A program made the position numbers and the translations under genes. From a virus: a stretch of 64,000 nt of DNA. The DNA is taken from positions 69,875 to 133,874 of the IMG/VR virus record IMGVR_UViG_3300033571_019687; one strand, given 5' to 3'. Shown in pieces: positions 43,672-54,108 of this stretch (the stretch's first letter is position 1; every line of letters begins with the position of its first letter). The notes beneath the pieces were generated by a model. That model searched no databases and was not told the origin of the DNA. It saw only the letters and a program-made list of their open reading frames with translations.

Positions 43672-44589
43672 ATGGCCGTAGGTAAAATTTTCGCACACAC
43701 AAAAGAATTAGCAGAGTATCTTAAAGAAGTTAATAAGTATAAAGTCTTAAGTATAGTAGAAGAAAAAAAAGTATATGATGAAATTATTGATATACTAAAA
43801 AACAAAAACAAAGTTATACTAAAAATACAGAATACTAATATAAGTGATATTGAGACGATAAAAGGTTTAAATGCCGAACTAAAAATATTAGAAAGACTAG
43901 AAAGAAAAACCAAGGATATTTTAGTTAACACTAATTTACGATATGTAGTTAGAATGGCTAAAATACATGCCGGAAATGCAAGTGTATATGATTTAATGGA
44001 TTTGATCCAAGAGGGGCATCTTGGTCTAATTCATGCCACTAATGTGTTTGATTATGAGAGTTATTATAGTCATAGATTTATGACATACGCAACTTATCAT
44101 GTTAGGGTTTTCATCATCAATGGTATTCAGAAATACGGTTATCAGATTAGAGTACCTGCTGATGTACACGTTGCTAAACAAAAATATAGCAAAGTACCTT
44201 TAAAGGAAGAATTAACTTATGACGATTATGAAAATCTAACAAAGGTAGAATCAAGTTTTAAACCTACGGTAAGTCTTTATAGTCAACTTGGAGATGAATA
44301 TGAATTGATTGATACTGTTAGATCAGATGAATTCCCTGATACTGATCATAATATGGATAATGATACAATCTTAGTTCAAGACTTATTCAGTAAAATGGGT
44401 GATGTGTTAGATAGACGTGAAATAGATATTTTGAAAAAATATTATGGTATAGACTTATATACACCTTGTAGTTTTGAGGAGATTGCAGATGAATATGATT
44501 TAACCAAAGAACGTGTTAGACAAATAAAAGAAAAGGCAATTATGAAGCTAAGAGACTGTATATATGACCTACATAACCTTTATCATTGA
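43672..44589 (+). CDS. Sigma-70 family RNA polymerase sigma factor
   Basis: Region 2 NLRYVV..AK, DLIQEG.LGL, F.TYA; region 4 SFEEIADEYDLTKERVRQIKEKA..KLR. Confidence 0.9.
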   Translation: MAVGKIFAHTKELAEYLKEVNKYKVLSIVEEKKVYDEIIDILKNKNKVILKIQNTNISDIETIKGLNAELKILERLERKTKDILVNTNLRYVVRMAKIHAGNASVYDLMDLIQEGHLGLIHATNVFDYESYYSHRFMTYATYHVRVFIINGIQKYGYQIRVPADVHVAKQKYSKVPLKEELTYDDYENLTKVESSFKPTVSLYSQLGDEYELIDTVRSDEFPDTDHNMDNDTILVQDLFSKMGDVLDRREIDILKKYYGIDLYTPCSFEEIADEYDLTKERVRQIKEKAIMKLRDCIYDLHNLYH

Positions 44590-44613
44590 TAATAAACTAT
44601 GAACAATTTAACT

Positions 44614-44644
44614 AAAAGCCTTGCTATTTAATGGTAAGGCTTTT
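44614..44644 (+). terminator. Intrinsic terminator after the sigma gene, with CTATTTA in its loop
   Basis: AAAAGCCTTGC / GTAAGGCTTTT stem. Confidence 0.7.
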
Positions 44645-44675
44645 ATGATTAATAGCGTAAAACAATTATAGCAAG

Positions 44676-47207
44676 ATGAATATTATAAACACAAACATTA
44701 AAAGTAGATATTTCAATGTAATACCAATAGCATTTAGACCAGATAAATCTGTTACTTATGTTGTTGAATCTAAGAATGACAATGAAATATTTGCATTACT
44801 TGAAGAAGTATTAGTTTTTGATAGAAGAGTTATTGAACCAAGCGCATATAAATCGAATGAAGATTATTGGGATGCGGTATATGCTGCAAATGGTGATAGT
44901 TTTGAAGCAAAAGCCGCATTAAATAAAATGATACCTACTTACCAGCAAGATCCAGAAACTGGTAAAAAGAAATTTGTTAGAGATGAAGATGGTAATATTG
45001 TTGCTACTAGAGCTATTGGTAGAAACGATGTTAATACAGGTGAATTCGCTGCATCTAAGAAACAAGGTCAAAGTGCTGGTACTAGTGGTAACTTACTACA
45101 AAATGGGAAAACTGTAGTTAGAGTTGCGGAGATAAAAACAAAATTACTTTCTTATACAAAAGAGGATAATTCATACGGCGAAAACAAATTTTTATATAAC
45201 AGTACAACCGGCAGATGGCAATTCACTGCAACTTATGACAAATCACCAGATGGCGAAGTATTGAGTTTGGGTGAAAATAAGTTAACATCATTTTTGGCTT
45301 TGGCCGATAAGTATTTAGATGAAATGTATAAACTACAAATCCCTGAAAGGATATACAGATTATATCAAAATAATAAACTTGGTGTTCCTATTGTAAATAA
45401 AATTATGACATCAGGGATTAGAAAAAAACCTGTTATCAGTATTGGCAGTAAAGGTGTTGATGTTAAATTTAGGGGAAAAACAGAAGCTGAACAGGCCGTT
45501 GGTACTTTTATGGCAACAGCATTGCCGGTGATAAATAAATATATTCGTGAAATTATTGAAGATGTATCTGTAGGTGAATTGGTAGGTGATTTAGCTGAAA
45601 GAATGGAAGAATTGAAAATAAATTCTGATGCTGGTGATTCTTTAACTGTTAATAATGTTAATGTTACTGATATGAAGCCATATCAAAAAGCATTTCAACA
45701 AAGAATAAATCAATTAACCTATGCGATTAGATCTAATGAATTTACTGTAGATGAATTCTTTAATAACCAACCAAAGTTTGAAAATATAAGAAATTATATC
45801 GAAAGAAGTAAAATTTCTAATTTATTGGGTAAAGAAGAATTTAGTTTTTTCCCTAGAGTTAATGCATTACTTTTAATGTTGTATTCTGAATTAGATGGTA
45901 AAACATATACACTAGCCAATGTTGCTGACGACACGTCATGGACGAATGCTGGGTATGCCATTAAACCCGGTGCCATGCCATTGTATTTGCTTACCCCAGC
46001 TTATGAAACAAGAAATATTGATAGTGGAGTAAAGGGTCAGGTTGATGTAGATAAAGCTAATGAATGGATATCAACATATTCTCGTAACAAAAATTTAACG
46101 TATGAAGAATTAGTTGAATTGGCTAATAGTGGTCAAGCGACAGAAGAACAATATGCTACTATGAGATTCATTAGTAACGCATTTATTAAAGCACCTCAAA
46201 CAGATAGAACATCTAGTAGAACAAGTATTACAGCATATTTTAGCGACAATGACGTTGTCTATATTGGCGGTAATAAATCTAAGCGAGGGTTTACTGCTAG
46301 AGATATAATGAATTCTGCTGATCAAATTGTTAATGTTGATCCATCAACTAATAGATCAAAGATGTATATTTTCTTGGATTATGATTACAACAAAGAAAAT
46401 TCTTTAAGACCAATGATTGTTTTTAGAAATTATATCAAAACTCTTATTGCTAAATTAGGTGGGTCACCTAGATTGGGGATTATTCCTAAAGTAACACCTG
46501 ATATGAGTGATGAAGAATTTAATGATAGTTATAACGCTTTATACAATAATATTCGTATTGGTCTTGAAGATGGTATTAAAGTATTATTAGATAATATTGA
46601 TAATATAGAAAATGATACTAGAGCCGTTGCAGATATTAAACTTAGATTACAAAATCTAGGTATCGATACTGGTGTAGGTGGCAGAAAAGTGACTACCATA
46701 AACCCTTTATTTACACAATATTTTAATAATGCCGCTAATAATGAAGATATAAATGAAACTAGGGCTGAAATATTGGCTAACATGGTTTTATATTACTACG
46801 GTTCTCAAAATGCTAGGGAAGCTATTACTGAATTAACTACATTAATGTTATCAAGTATGGTACCTAAACAATTTGTAGAAGTTGAGAAAAATGTAATACT
46901 TGTAGTGTTTAAGAACTTTATTAAAGATTTAAACCGTATTAGAAATGAATCTGTTAAAACTAATCAGGTTAGTACTAAAGATGCTGAATTAGTAAACTTA
47001 AGGGGTAATAAATCTATTATGGAGAGTTATGGCTTTGAGGTTTATAATGACATTATTGATAAAAACCTTATTTATCTTGATTTAAAAATGATCAATAATA
47101 GTGAGACTTTATTAAGTGAACTTTTCGATAATTATCAATTTGCTAATAAGGCATCCGCAGTATTATCTGAAATAAACAACCTCTTAAAATTAAAAAAGAA
47201 TGGCTAA
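44676..47207 (+). CDS. Large protein with an internal ArdC-like ssDNA-binding segment
   Basis: NALLL...VA...SW...GY.IKPGA.PLYLL.P...YF...DV. Confidence 0.4.
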   Translation: MNIINTNIKSRYFNVIPIAFRPDKSVTYVVESKNDNEIFALLEEVLVFDRRVIEPSAYKSNEDYWDAVYAANGDSFEAKAALNKMIPTYQQDPETGKKKFVRDEDGNIVATRAIGRNDVNTGEFAASKKQGQSAGTSGNLLQNGKTVVRVAEIKTKLLSYTKEDNSYGENKFLYNSTTGRWQFTATYDKSPDGEVLSLGENKLTSFLALADKYLDEMYKLQIPERIYRLYQNNKLGVPIVNKIMTSGIRKKPVISIGSKGVDVKFRGKTEAEQAVGTFMATALPVINKYIREIIEDVSVGELVGDLAERMEELKINSDAGDSLTVNNVNVTDMKPYQKAFQQRINQLTYAIRSNEFTVDEFFNNQPKFENIRNYIERSKISNLLGKEEFSFFPRVNALLLMLYSELDGKTYTLANVADDTSWTNAGYAIKPGAMPLYLLTPAYETRNIDSGVKGQVDVDKANEWISTYSRNKNLTYEELVELANSGQATEEQYATMRFISNAFIKAPQTDRTSSRTSITAYFSDNDVVYIGGNKSKRGFTARDIMNSADQIVNVDPSTNRSKMYIFLDYDYNKENSLRPMIVFRNYIKTLIAKLGGSPRLGIIPKVTPDMSDEEFNDSYNALYNNIRIGLEDGIKVLLDNIDNIENDTRAVADIKLRLQNLGIDTGVGGRKVTTINPLFTQYFNNAANNEDINETRAEILANMVLYYYGSQNAREAITELTTLMLSSMVPKQFVEVEKNVILVVFKNFIKDLNRIRNESVKTNQVSTKDAELVNLRGNKSIMESYGFEVYNDIIDKNLIYLDLKMINNSETLLSELFDNYQFANKASAVLSEINNLLKLKKNG

Positions 47208-47784
47208 GAAATTAAATGAAGTTAAAAAAATGCTGGAGCTTGCAAAGGTTCATTCAGCAGATACAGTTAAATATATACCATCATCATTGATGGTTGAAAA
47301 TATAATGACTAATCAATTAGTTATTGGTATTGATTCAAATCAAAGTAGTGGTAATAAAGTATCTTTTGATACAATATCAACAGAGGCTATAATTGACTTT
47401 GGTAATATAGATCAATCTAAACAAGACGAAGTTAAAAAAGGTTTTGAGGAATTACTTAAATCATCATTAATGTCCGCTATTAATGTTAATATAAAGATTA
47501 GTGAAGGTTCATTTCTAATTACAACTAATACTGTTAATAACCCAAAAGTTGAATGTATTGCTAGTGTTAAAATAGATTCAACTGCTGATAATGCAGAGGT
47601 AGAATTTAAACAAGGCAAAGCAAATATTAATTCAGAATTGGTTAATATAATTAAGGGTTTACATTCTTTATATGAAGATAATGGTTCAATAACAACAATG
47701 CTTAATATAATATCTGGTAATTCTAATCAAGAAGGGCCTGATAACACAGATATAAATCCATTAGCAAATGATAAAGCACTTTAA
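47200..47784 (+). CDS. Hypothetical protein, possibly head-associated
   Basis: KKLNEVKKMLEL N-terminus. Confidence 0.5.
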   Translation: MAKKLNEVKKMLELAKVHSADTVKYIPSSLMVENIMTNQLVIGIDSNQSSGNKVSFDTISTEAIIDFGNIDQSKQDEVKKGFEELLKSSLMSAINVNIKISEGSFLITTNTVNNPKVECIASVKIDSTADNAEVEFKQGKANINSELVNIIKGLHSLYEDNGSITTMLNIISGNSNQEGPDNTDINPLANDKAL

Positions 47785-48502
47785 TACATTACTGTTAGCA
47801 ATACTTGCATTTACTGTATTTTTACTAGTAAATCAGTGTTCGTTAAACAATAGACAAGACCAAATCATTAAGCAAAATGAATTGGCAATGAAAGACTCTA
47901 GTTATTCAGCAATCAAAACAATAACAGAACTTAAAGAAGAGCTTGCCAAAAAGGATAGTGCATTATCAGTAAAGGTTAATACTATAGTAAAAGAAAAGAT
48001 TACATCTGTTACTAAAACTGTTGTTAAATATAAAAGAGATACGACTGTTCTTACTAATACTAAATTAATTTATACTGATAGTACTATATTATTCAACTCA
48101 ATATTTAATGACTCAATTATTAAACTATCAGTTGATAGTCATGTAAAATATAAATATGATACAATAACTGAGTCTCTCAAGGTAGATACTGCATATAATA
48201 TTTTGAATAAACTAGATTTAAATTTTGGTATAGGACTAATCAAATCTGTTGATAATGATGGGTTTTTAAGAGTTAGAAGTCAAGCATATTATTTAAATTC
48301 TGTTGGCGGATTTAGTAAAGAAATACCAAAGAACATATTAAATCTAAGAACGCAGGATATTGTTATTGATAATACTAAAAAAGAAAGTAGGTGGGCATTA
48401 ACATTATCTCCAGCAAGTGTCGGTTTATTTTTAACTCCAGTTGGGGTTAATTTAGGTATTGGTCCGAGTGCAGCCTTTTCTTATGTAATAAGAGTTAAAT
48501 AA
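47768..48502 (+). CDS. Membrane-anchored coiled-coil protein (spanin-like candidate)
   Basis: N-terminal hydrophobic helix, short coiled coil, C-terminal G-rich beta hairpin. Confidence 0.4.
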   Translation: MIKHFNTLLLAILAFTVFLLVNQCSLNNRQDQIIKQNELAMKDSSYSAIKTITELKEELAKKDSALSVKVNTIVKEKITSVTKTVVKYKRDTTVLTNTKLIYTDSTILFNSIFNDSIIKLSVDSHVKYKYDTITESLKVDTAYNILNKLDLNFGIGLIKSVDNDGFLRVRSQAYYLNSVGGFSKEIPKNILNLRTQDIVIDNTKKESRWALTLSPASVGLFLTPVGVNLGIGPSAAFSYVIRVK

Positions 48503-48526
48503 AACTATTTATCTAAAAAAAGAGTT

Positions 48527-48832
48527 ATGGTAATAAAGCATAAATTAACCGAGTCGCAATTAAAATCTATCATAAAAGAATGGTTAGATGAAGACGGTAA
48601 AGAAGTTATAAATGAATCTGTAGATAAAACAGATGTTAAAGAACTTATTAAAAAAGAGTTGGCATCATTTGCTAAGAGCGATGAATTTAAAACTCAGATT
48701 AAAAATATGGTTCTTAAAGAAGTTAAAGGTAAAGATGCTGAAAAATATATTGTTGAAATAACTAAGAATGTATTAGCTGATGTTTATAAAACATTGTGGT
48801 TAAGAAAAAACACATTATTTGCTGGGATCTAA
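48527..48832 (+). CDS. Putative internal head protein
   Basis: KLTESQLKSIIKE N-terminal motif; INE site. Confidence 0.45.
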   Translation: MVIKHKLTESQLKSIIKEWLDEDGKEVINESVDKTDVKELIKKELASFAKSDEFKTQIKNMVLKEVKGKDAEKYIVEITKNVLADVYKTLWLRKNTLFAGI

Positions 48833-48833
48833 A

Positions 48834-49259
48834 ATGGGTAAAAAGGTTTTAAAAGAAGTTACTGCAATTGGGGGTGATGTATCTAATTCACCAAGTACAG
48901 GTTTTTTTATTGGACCTATTGGTGCTAAACCGATTAAAAGGAAACTTTACAAATCGCCAGAAGATAGCTATCTTTATAATGAATCAGGTGAAAGATTAAC
49001 AAAGACTCAATTAAATGAAATGTTATTTGAGACAACTTATAAAACAAATCCGATTAAAGCTGAAATTGAACCTAAATGTGAAGCATTCCCTTATTGTGAT
49101 AAATCAGTATTAAGTGAAGGTTATCTTAGATTGATAGAAAACAGTGATGAAGGTATGTGTCAAGATTGTAGACAATATTGTGAAAGTGTTGGCGGTTTAA
49201 TAAATAAGTCGGCCGATTATATAGCAGAAATAATAAACAAGAAATATAGTAAACTATAA
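48834..49259 (+). CDS. Hypothetical protein with Cys pairs
   Basis: C..FPYC and CQDC..YC; ATG at 48834 preferred. Confidence 0.55.
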   Translation: MGKKVLKEVTAIGGDVSNSPSTGFFIGPIGAKPIKRKLYKSPEDSYLYNESGERLTKTQLNEMLFETTYKTNPIKAEIEPKCEAFPYCDKSVLSEGYLRLIENSDEGMCQDCRQYCESVGGLINKSADYIAEIINKKYSKL

Positions 49260-50782
49260 TGAAAGAGTTACAAAGACTTAAAGAAATCGTATCAAATAAA
49301 CCAGTACTAGATCATTTAATTAATGATGGGTTTCTTTTTGAAGGCGAGGATATTGATACACAATTATCAGTTTTATATTCTGATGATAAATCTCATTTTA
49401 CTAAAATGCTAAATGAGGCTGAAAAAGTATATGATAAATATATTGAGGATTCCACATCAAAAGAAGTTGAACCATCAGACGAAGAACTTGATGAACAAGC
49501 CAAATTGGATCAAATGATTGCTGAGGCATTTATTATGGGTGCTTATGGGTCACCTTTTGTTCCGGCTCATTATAAGCAACAGATTAGAGAAAATTTTGAG
49601 GGTTTTGTAGAATTTATGGTGGATAATTTTAAACTACCAAATTTATCCGATTTTTCAGAAACAGGTACATTATTTGAAGGATTTTATCCGGAATTAAATG
49701 AGGAGTCTTTAACTGATGATGAATCTGATAGATATGGTATCGGTGAACCAATGCCTAAAAAATACAGATATTATGATGATAAAGATGAACTTGTAAGTAA
49801 AGTTATGTCACCAGACTTTGGTAAAGAGTTAGTTGATGCGTTTGGTGAAGAACCTTATGACGATGATGCTGGTCATGAAAACAGTGGATTAAATGAAGCC
49901 AGACTTCACAAAAAATTTGATATAAGTGAATTAGATGGTGCTTTACAAGATGCTTTAAATTTTTTTAATACTAAAGAATTTTTAAATGTAACTGATTTTA
50001 GTGATGAAGCTGAAAATGCTATAAACTTTATTAAGAAACTTGGCTCACTTGAAGGTGATAAAACACCTGAAAGACTTATATCTATTGCTGATCAATTTAA
50101 TATAGATGTTAAAAAGTTTAATGATTTGAACTTTATTGCTCAAACTATTTTTTCAAATAAACCCGGTCCCGCTAAAAGGCTTAAAGTGTACATGTCAAAA
50201 ATTATGCGTATTCTTGATTCATATTTTGATAAATATGATGAAGAAAGTAGAGAAACGTATAAACCTAAAAAAGTGGCAAAAACCCGTCTTAATTATGCAA
50301 AAAATTCAGCATTGAGAGACTTTGATGTTGCAAGTAAGAATATATTTTCTTTATATGGTAAATCAAAAAAATTGAATGAAGAAAAAGTTGGTGATGGTAT
50401 AGCATTCGGTAAAGGCAAAACTAAAAGGGAAGACCTTAATACAAATATTAGAATTTCAGATGCGTTTAAACCTAAAAAATATGAAATGACTGATAATGAA
50501 AAAGAAGCCAGTGAACAATTATTAGGTAGAAATGGGTTGTTAGATATTGATTATACCAACGGTGCTCCCGATCATATTAAAGATGCTAATATAGAAGGCG
50601 TTAAAGGCGATAAAAAGAAGAATAAAGATATGGGAGGTGCTGAATACACAGATTCGGGGGATACCATGCTTAAAGCTGCTAAGAAAAGATTTGAAGATGA
50701 TGGTATAGCTAATCTTGATTATACCGCTAGAGGTGTTAAAATTAAAGATGGTGAAGAATATAAAAAGACACCGGGATTTTGA
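49259..50782 (+). CDS. Acidic putative head/ejection protein
   Basis: Very acidic, with repeated LNE sites. Confidence 0.45.
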   Translation: MKELQRLKEIVSNKPVLDHLINDGFLFEGEDIDTQLSVLYSDDKSHFTKMLNEAEKVYDKYIEDSTSKEVEPSDEELDEQAKLDQMIAEAFIMGAYGSPFVPAHYKQQIRENFEGFVEFMVDNFKLPNLSDFSETGTLFEGFYPELNEESLTDDESDRYGIGEPMPKKYRYYDDKDELVSKVMSPDFGKELVDAFGEEPYDDDAGHENSGLNEARLHKKFDISELDGALQDALNFFNTKEFLNVTDFSDEAENAINFIKKLGSLEGDKTPERLISIADQFNIDVKKFNDLNFIAQTIFSNKPGPAKRLKVYMSKIMRILDSYFDKYDEESRETYKPKKVAKTRLNYAKNSALRDFDVASKNIFSLYGKSKKLNEEKVGDGIAFGKGKTKREDLNTNIRISDAFKPKKYEMTDNEKEASEQLLGRNGLLDIDYTNGAPDHIKDANIEGVKGDKKKNKDMGGAEYTDSGDTMLKAAKKRFEDDGIANLDYTARGVKIKDGEEYKKTPGF

Positions 50783-50820
50783 TTTCCAGAAAATAGTATA
50801 ATTTTAATAATAAAAAACCT

Positions 50821-50850
50821 AAAAACCTTGATTAAGTTCAAGGTTTTTCT
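50821..50850 (+). terminator. Intrinsic terminator
   Basis: AAAAACCTTGA / TCAAGGTTTTT stem. Confidence 0.75.
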
Positions 50851-50883
50851 TATTTATTGATACATATAAACGTAAAATGAGAA

Positions 50884-51282
50884 ATGCCTGAATTAACAAA
50901 AGAAAGATTAGCATATCTAAACAAAATGCATGGGGTTACTGAAAGCAAGGTTAAAAAGATAAAAACTTTTATAACCGCTTTAATTGATTTGGTTGACTCA
51001 ACTTATTTAGGTGACGAGTTATATGATGATATAGATGAATTTGATGGCCATTTTTATTGGTGTATAAATAATATAACTGGTAGTGAAGTAGATAAATCAA
51101 AACCTGAGTATTTATTTATAAAGGACATATTTATATTCTCATATTATGATAAAAATGATGAGAATAGAGTTCAAGATACTAAGGACCATTTTGACCTATT
51201 TTTAACTAATAAAGGCATCAATATGGAACATTACGAAATTTTTGTAAATTACTACAATAATTTAGTTGTTTTCATTGACTAA
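50884..51282 (+). CDS. Hypothetical protein (132 aa)
   Basis: ORF track. Confidence 0.65.
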   Translation: MPELTKERLAYLNKMHGVTESKVKKIKTFITALIDLVDSTYLGDELYDDIDEFDGHFYWCINNITGSEVDKSKPEYLFIKDIFIFSYYDKNDENRVQDTKDHFDLFLTNKGINMEHYEIFVNYYNNLVVFID

Positions 51283-51309
51283 TATGTCTATAATTCTTAT
51301 CATTGTTTT

Positions 51310-51528
51310 ATGGAGATAATAAAAACACTTTTAGACGTGGGTTCAGATTTAGGTCACTTATATCTTATATTTATGGGCCTGATAATTATTGGTAAAATTG
51401 TCTTAGCTGTTATTGCTAATGAAGAGAATAGTATTACTAAAATATCAAATCAGGAAATTAATCAGATAATAATTGGGTTAGCTGCAATTGTATTACTCAT
51501 AGTTAGACTACATTTAGGGTTATGGTAA
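51310..51528 (+). CDS. Small two-helix membrane protein
   Basis: Two hydrophobic segments. Confidence 0.55.
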   Translation: MEIIKTLLDVGSDLGHLYLIFMGLIIIGKIVLAVIANEENSITKISNQEINQIIIGLAAIVLLIVRLHLGLW

Positions 51529-51947
51529 AAAATGATCAACAAACTAAGACCTATTCATTGGTAAATGATTTATTTGCATATAATGATAACTCAATAAAAA
51601 ATATTGGTTATCAATTAGATTATGAGAGTGGGCAAGAAACACCAGTAATTAAACTTCAATATGGTGATAGAACCGCAATAATGGTTTCAAGACTTAGAGC
51701 AAAACTTAATCATCCATATAATATTGATGTTCAAGATGAGTATTCTTATTTTTATAGTGATGATCCTACTACAGTTATTGGTGATCTTGTAAAAGAGTTT
51801 ATTACTACTAGTGACCAAGTTATAGAAGAAATTAAGAAAGAAGAGTTAATTACTAATACGTTTAATGAGATTAAGAATAGTGTATCAGAAATATCAATGG
51901 AAGAATTAGCACAATTACTTAATACAATAAAGAAAGATAAAAAGTAA
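51522..51947 (+). CDS. Hypothetical protein (141 aa)
   Basis: ORF track. Confidence 0.65.
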   Translation: MVKNDQQTKTYSLVNDLFAYNDNSIKNIGYQLDYESGQETPVIKLQYGDRTAIMVSRLRAKLNHPYNIDVQDEYSYFYSDDPTTVIGDLVKEFITTSDQVIEEIKKEELITNTFNEIKNSVSEISMEELAQLLNTIKKDKK

Positions 51948-51953
51948 TGTAAT

Positions 51954-52310
51954 ATGATTGATGTGTTTGCTATTTTAATGTATTACTTTGCTGTCTATTC
52001 TATAAGTCTGATAGTGACTCAAAGTAATTTATTTAAACCGTTAAGAGATAGATTACAAGGTAAATTCTTAGGTAAAGTATTATCATGTATAATGTGTCTA
52101 CCTTTCTGGATGTCTATTATATTAACATTATCAATAGGATTTTCTCCTGTAGAAATGATTATGTATTCTTATTACTACACAACAGAGGCCGGTATTAGTT
52201 TAACACATTCAATTATATACAGATTTATGGATTCAGTTATATCATCTGGATTCAGTTGGTTAATAAACTCTCATGTTGAGAATAATCTAAAAAATACCGA
52301 TTATGAATGA
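51954..52310 (+). CDS. Membrane protein, DUF1360-like
   Basis: F.PLR...LGKVLSCIMCLPFW motif with TM helices. Confidence 0.55.
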   Translation: MIDVFAILMYYFAVYSISLIVTQSNLFKPLRDRLQGKFLGKVLSCIMCLPFWMSIILTLSIGFSPVEMIMYSYYYTTEAGISLTHSIIYRFMDSVISSGFSWLINSHVENNLKNTDYE

Positions 52311-52494
52311 AGAGAATCCGCTAAATGAACTAAAAGAATACCAACAAGAAATATTAGCGTCAGATAAAATGTTAGAACTTCAATTAAGTAATTATAAGAA
52401 AGAACTAATTGAAGAAATGAAACGTAATAAGACTAAAGAACCTAATAAGAAAAATACTAGTATATTAAAAAAGTTGGCTAAGATTTTTTCTTAG
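52303..52494 (+). CDS. Hypothetical protein (63 aa)
   Basis: ORF track. Confidence 0.55.
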   Translation: MNEENPLNELKEYQQEILASDKMLELQLSNYKKELIEEMKRNKTKEPNKKNTSILKKLAKIFS

Positions 52495-53077
52495 TTGTTT
52501 GTCTTATCATTTCATATCTTGATATATTATATTCATTTACTATTTCATCAATAATATCAAGTTTGGTAGATTTAGGTAGTTTATCAATAAAAATGTGTCC
52601 ACATTTTGAAAAATACTTAATTACAATCATTTTCATTAAGTGATAAAATCTTTTAGCATCTGATATATCCTTTAATACAAAGAAGTCATAAGACCCCAAT
52701 GACTGAATTATAAACTTGTTATTTATCAAAAAGAAGGATAGATTTTTTTTGGATTTAATAAACTTTTTAATAATATCCGGCATTGTATAACGTTTATTAT
52801 CTTTAACCCTTAAAATAGTTTCTTCTATTTTGTAATCCTCTTTTTTCTTTATAGTCAAATCTTCATATTTTTGATCATGTACAGAATATGATTTATTAAC
52901 CATAATACATAATTCATACATGACTTTCTCACTTTGTGTTATCTTTTTCTCAAATAATACCTTATTATCGGCAAGCATTTTATTGTAATATGCTAATGCT
53001 TGTGCATAACGCTTATAGGACTTATATAAACGCTTTCTAAGGCCGTTCTTGTATAAAATGATATAATACTCCGTCAT
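52478..53077 (-). CDS. Basic hypothetical protein (199 aa)
   Basis: Only long ORF in the interval; ATG start. Confidence 0.7.
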   Translation of the reverse strand: MTEYYIILYKNGLRKRLYKSYKRYAQALAYYNKMLADNKVLFEKKITQSEKVMYELCIMVNKSYSVHDQKYEDLTIKKKEDYKIEETILRVKDNKRYTMPDIIKKFIKSKKNLSFFLINNKFIIQSLGSYDFFVLKDISDAKRFYHLMKMIVIKYFSKCGHIFIDKLPKSTKLDIIDEIVNEYNISRYEMIRQTTKKKS

Positions 53078-53081
53078 AAAT

Positions 53082-53112
53082 AAGAAAGCCCGTATAACGA
53101 GCTATACGGGCC
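53082..53112 (-). terminator. Intrinsic terminator after the 53135-53527 gene
   Basis: GCCCGTATA / TATACGGGC stem; T-run on the minus strand. Confidence 0.7.
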
Positions 53113-53134
53113 TAATATAATGGTTATTTAATTA

Positions 53135-53527
53135 TTAGTAAACAATGCTGTATTGACTCATAATATCAACTTTACAGTTTGTTAATTTTCTATAAACAGC
53201 ATAAAGACTATCTCTAATCTCTTTATTTTTTTCACTTGCAGCAACTTCACTTAATTTAGACAAAGCCACATCATATAAATTCAAAAACTCTAACATGTCT
53301 TTAGGTGGATTTTTAATTTCTAGTGCTGTTTCCATAGGATCTTTTTCATCCAAACCTTTTTTTGTATCAAGATGAACCGGCGCATTTGGTTTATTATAAT
53401 CAACCACACGATCTTCTTTATTACCTAACATGTCTTCAATTTCCTTTAATCTTTCCTCACTAACGTTTTCGGCGATTATGTTCTTAATCTCAGATTCAGT
53501 GATATTCAATTTAATTTTCTTGCTCAT
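53135..53527 (-). CDS. Putative internal head protein
   Basis: KLNITESEIKNIIAE N-terminal motif; CTATTTA 18 nt upstream on the minus strand. Confidence 0.55.
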   Translation of the reverse strand: MSKKIKLNITESEIKNIIAENVSEERLKEIEDMLGNKEDRVVDYNKPNAPVHLDTKKGLDEKDPMETALEIKNPPKDMLEFLNLYDVALSKLSEVAASEKNKEIRDSLYAVYRKLTNCKVDIMSQYSIVY

Positions 53528-53575
53528 AACAATCTAGTTTAGTAATAAATAGATCAAAAGATTTAAATATGTTAC

Positions 53576-53658
53576 TGACATGATGTCATATCACTGTCAT
53601 ACATAATATGACAAAACTTGTCATTATGTCATGTTTTATGTATTGGCATAGGTATTGT
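53576..53658 (+). promoter_or_regulatory. Sigma-54-like promoter with an upstream cluster of TGACA/TGTCA boxes
   Basis: TGGCATA-N4-TTGT at 53644-53658; six TGACA/TGTCA pentamers at 53576-53631. Confidence 0.5.
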
Positions 53659-53696
53659 AAATGGTTTAGTACAAACTTTAAAACCTAAGTAAAACT

Positions 53697-54029
53697 ATGT
53701 TCACAACAGATTTATTATTTGACTTGTTGCAAACAGGAATTAATGCAACAGCTAACACCACATCACCAGTTACTTATAACTTTGCTGGCTTGTCAGCAGA
53801 AGATCTTGAGATTACTCAAGAAAAGAGAGGATCAGTGTTTTATTACACACTAACTCTAAAATTTGATGACAAGCATGAGTTATACGATGTTCTTAAAACT
53901 CGTTTCAAGAAACAGTATGTATTGAAAACTTACTGCGAGGTTGATTTCAAATTTAAGAATGGACTGTTGATTACTACACCTAAACAGGAAACTGTAACCA
54001 AGGAAAAGGTAACAATCAAAGTGATGTAA
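53697..54029 (+). CDS. Hsp20/alpha-crystallin-like small heat-shock protein
   Basis: NFAGLSAEDLEIT...F...Y.L...DFKFKNGLLITTPK. Confidence 0.65.
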   Translation: MFTTDLLFDLLQTGINATANTTSPVTYNFAGLSAEDLEITQEKRGSVFYYTLTLKFDDKHELYDVLKTRFKKQYVLKTYCEVDFKFKNGLLITTPKQETVTKEKVTIKVM

Positions 54030-54035
54030 CAAATA

Positions 54036-54065
54036 AAAGCCGGATTTTTATCCGGCTTTCTTGTT
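54036..54065 (+). terminator. Intrinsic terminator
   Basis: AAAGCCGGA / TCCGGCTTT stem. Confidence 0.75.
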
Positions 54066-54108
54066 TAAAAGGAAAATAAATACTATATTAGGTACAAATT
54101 AGTGAATT

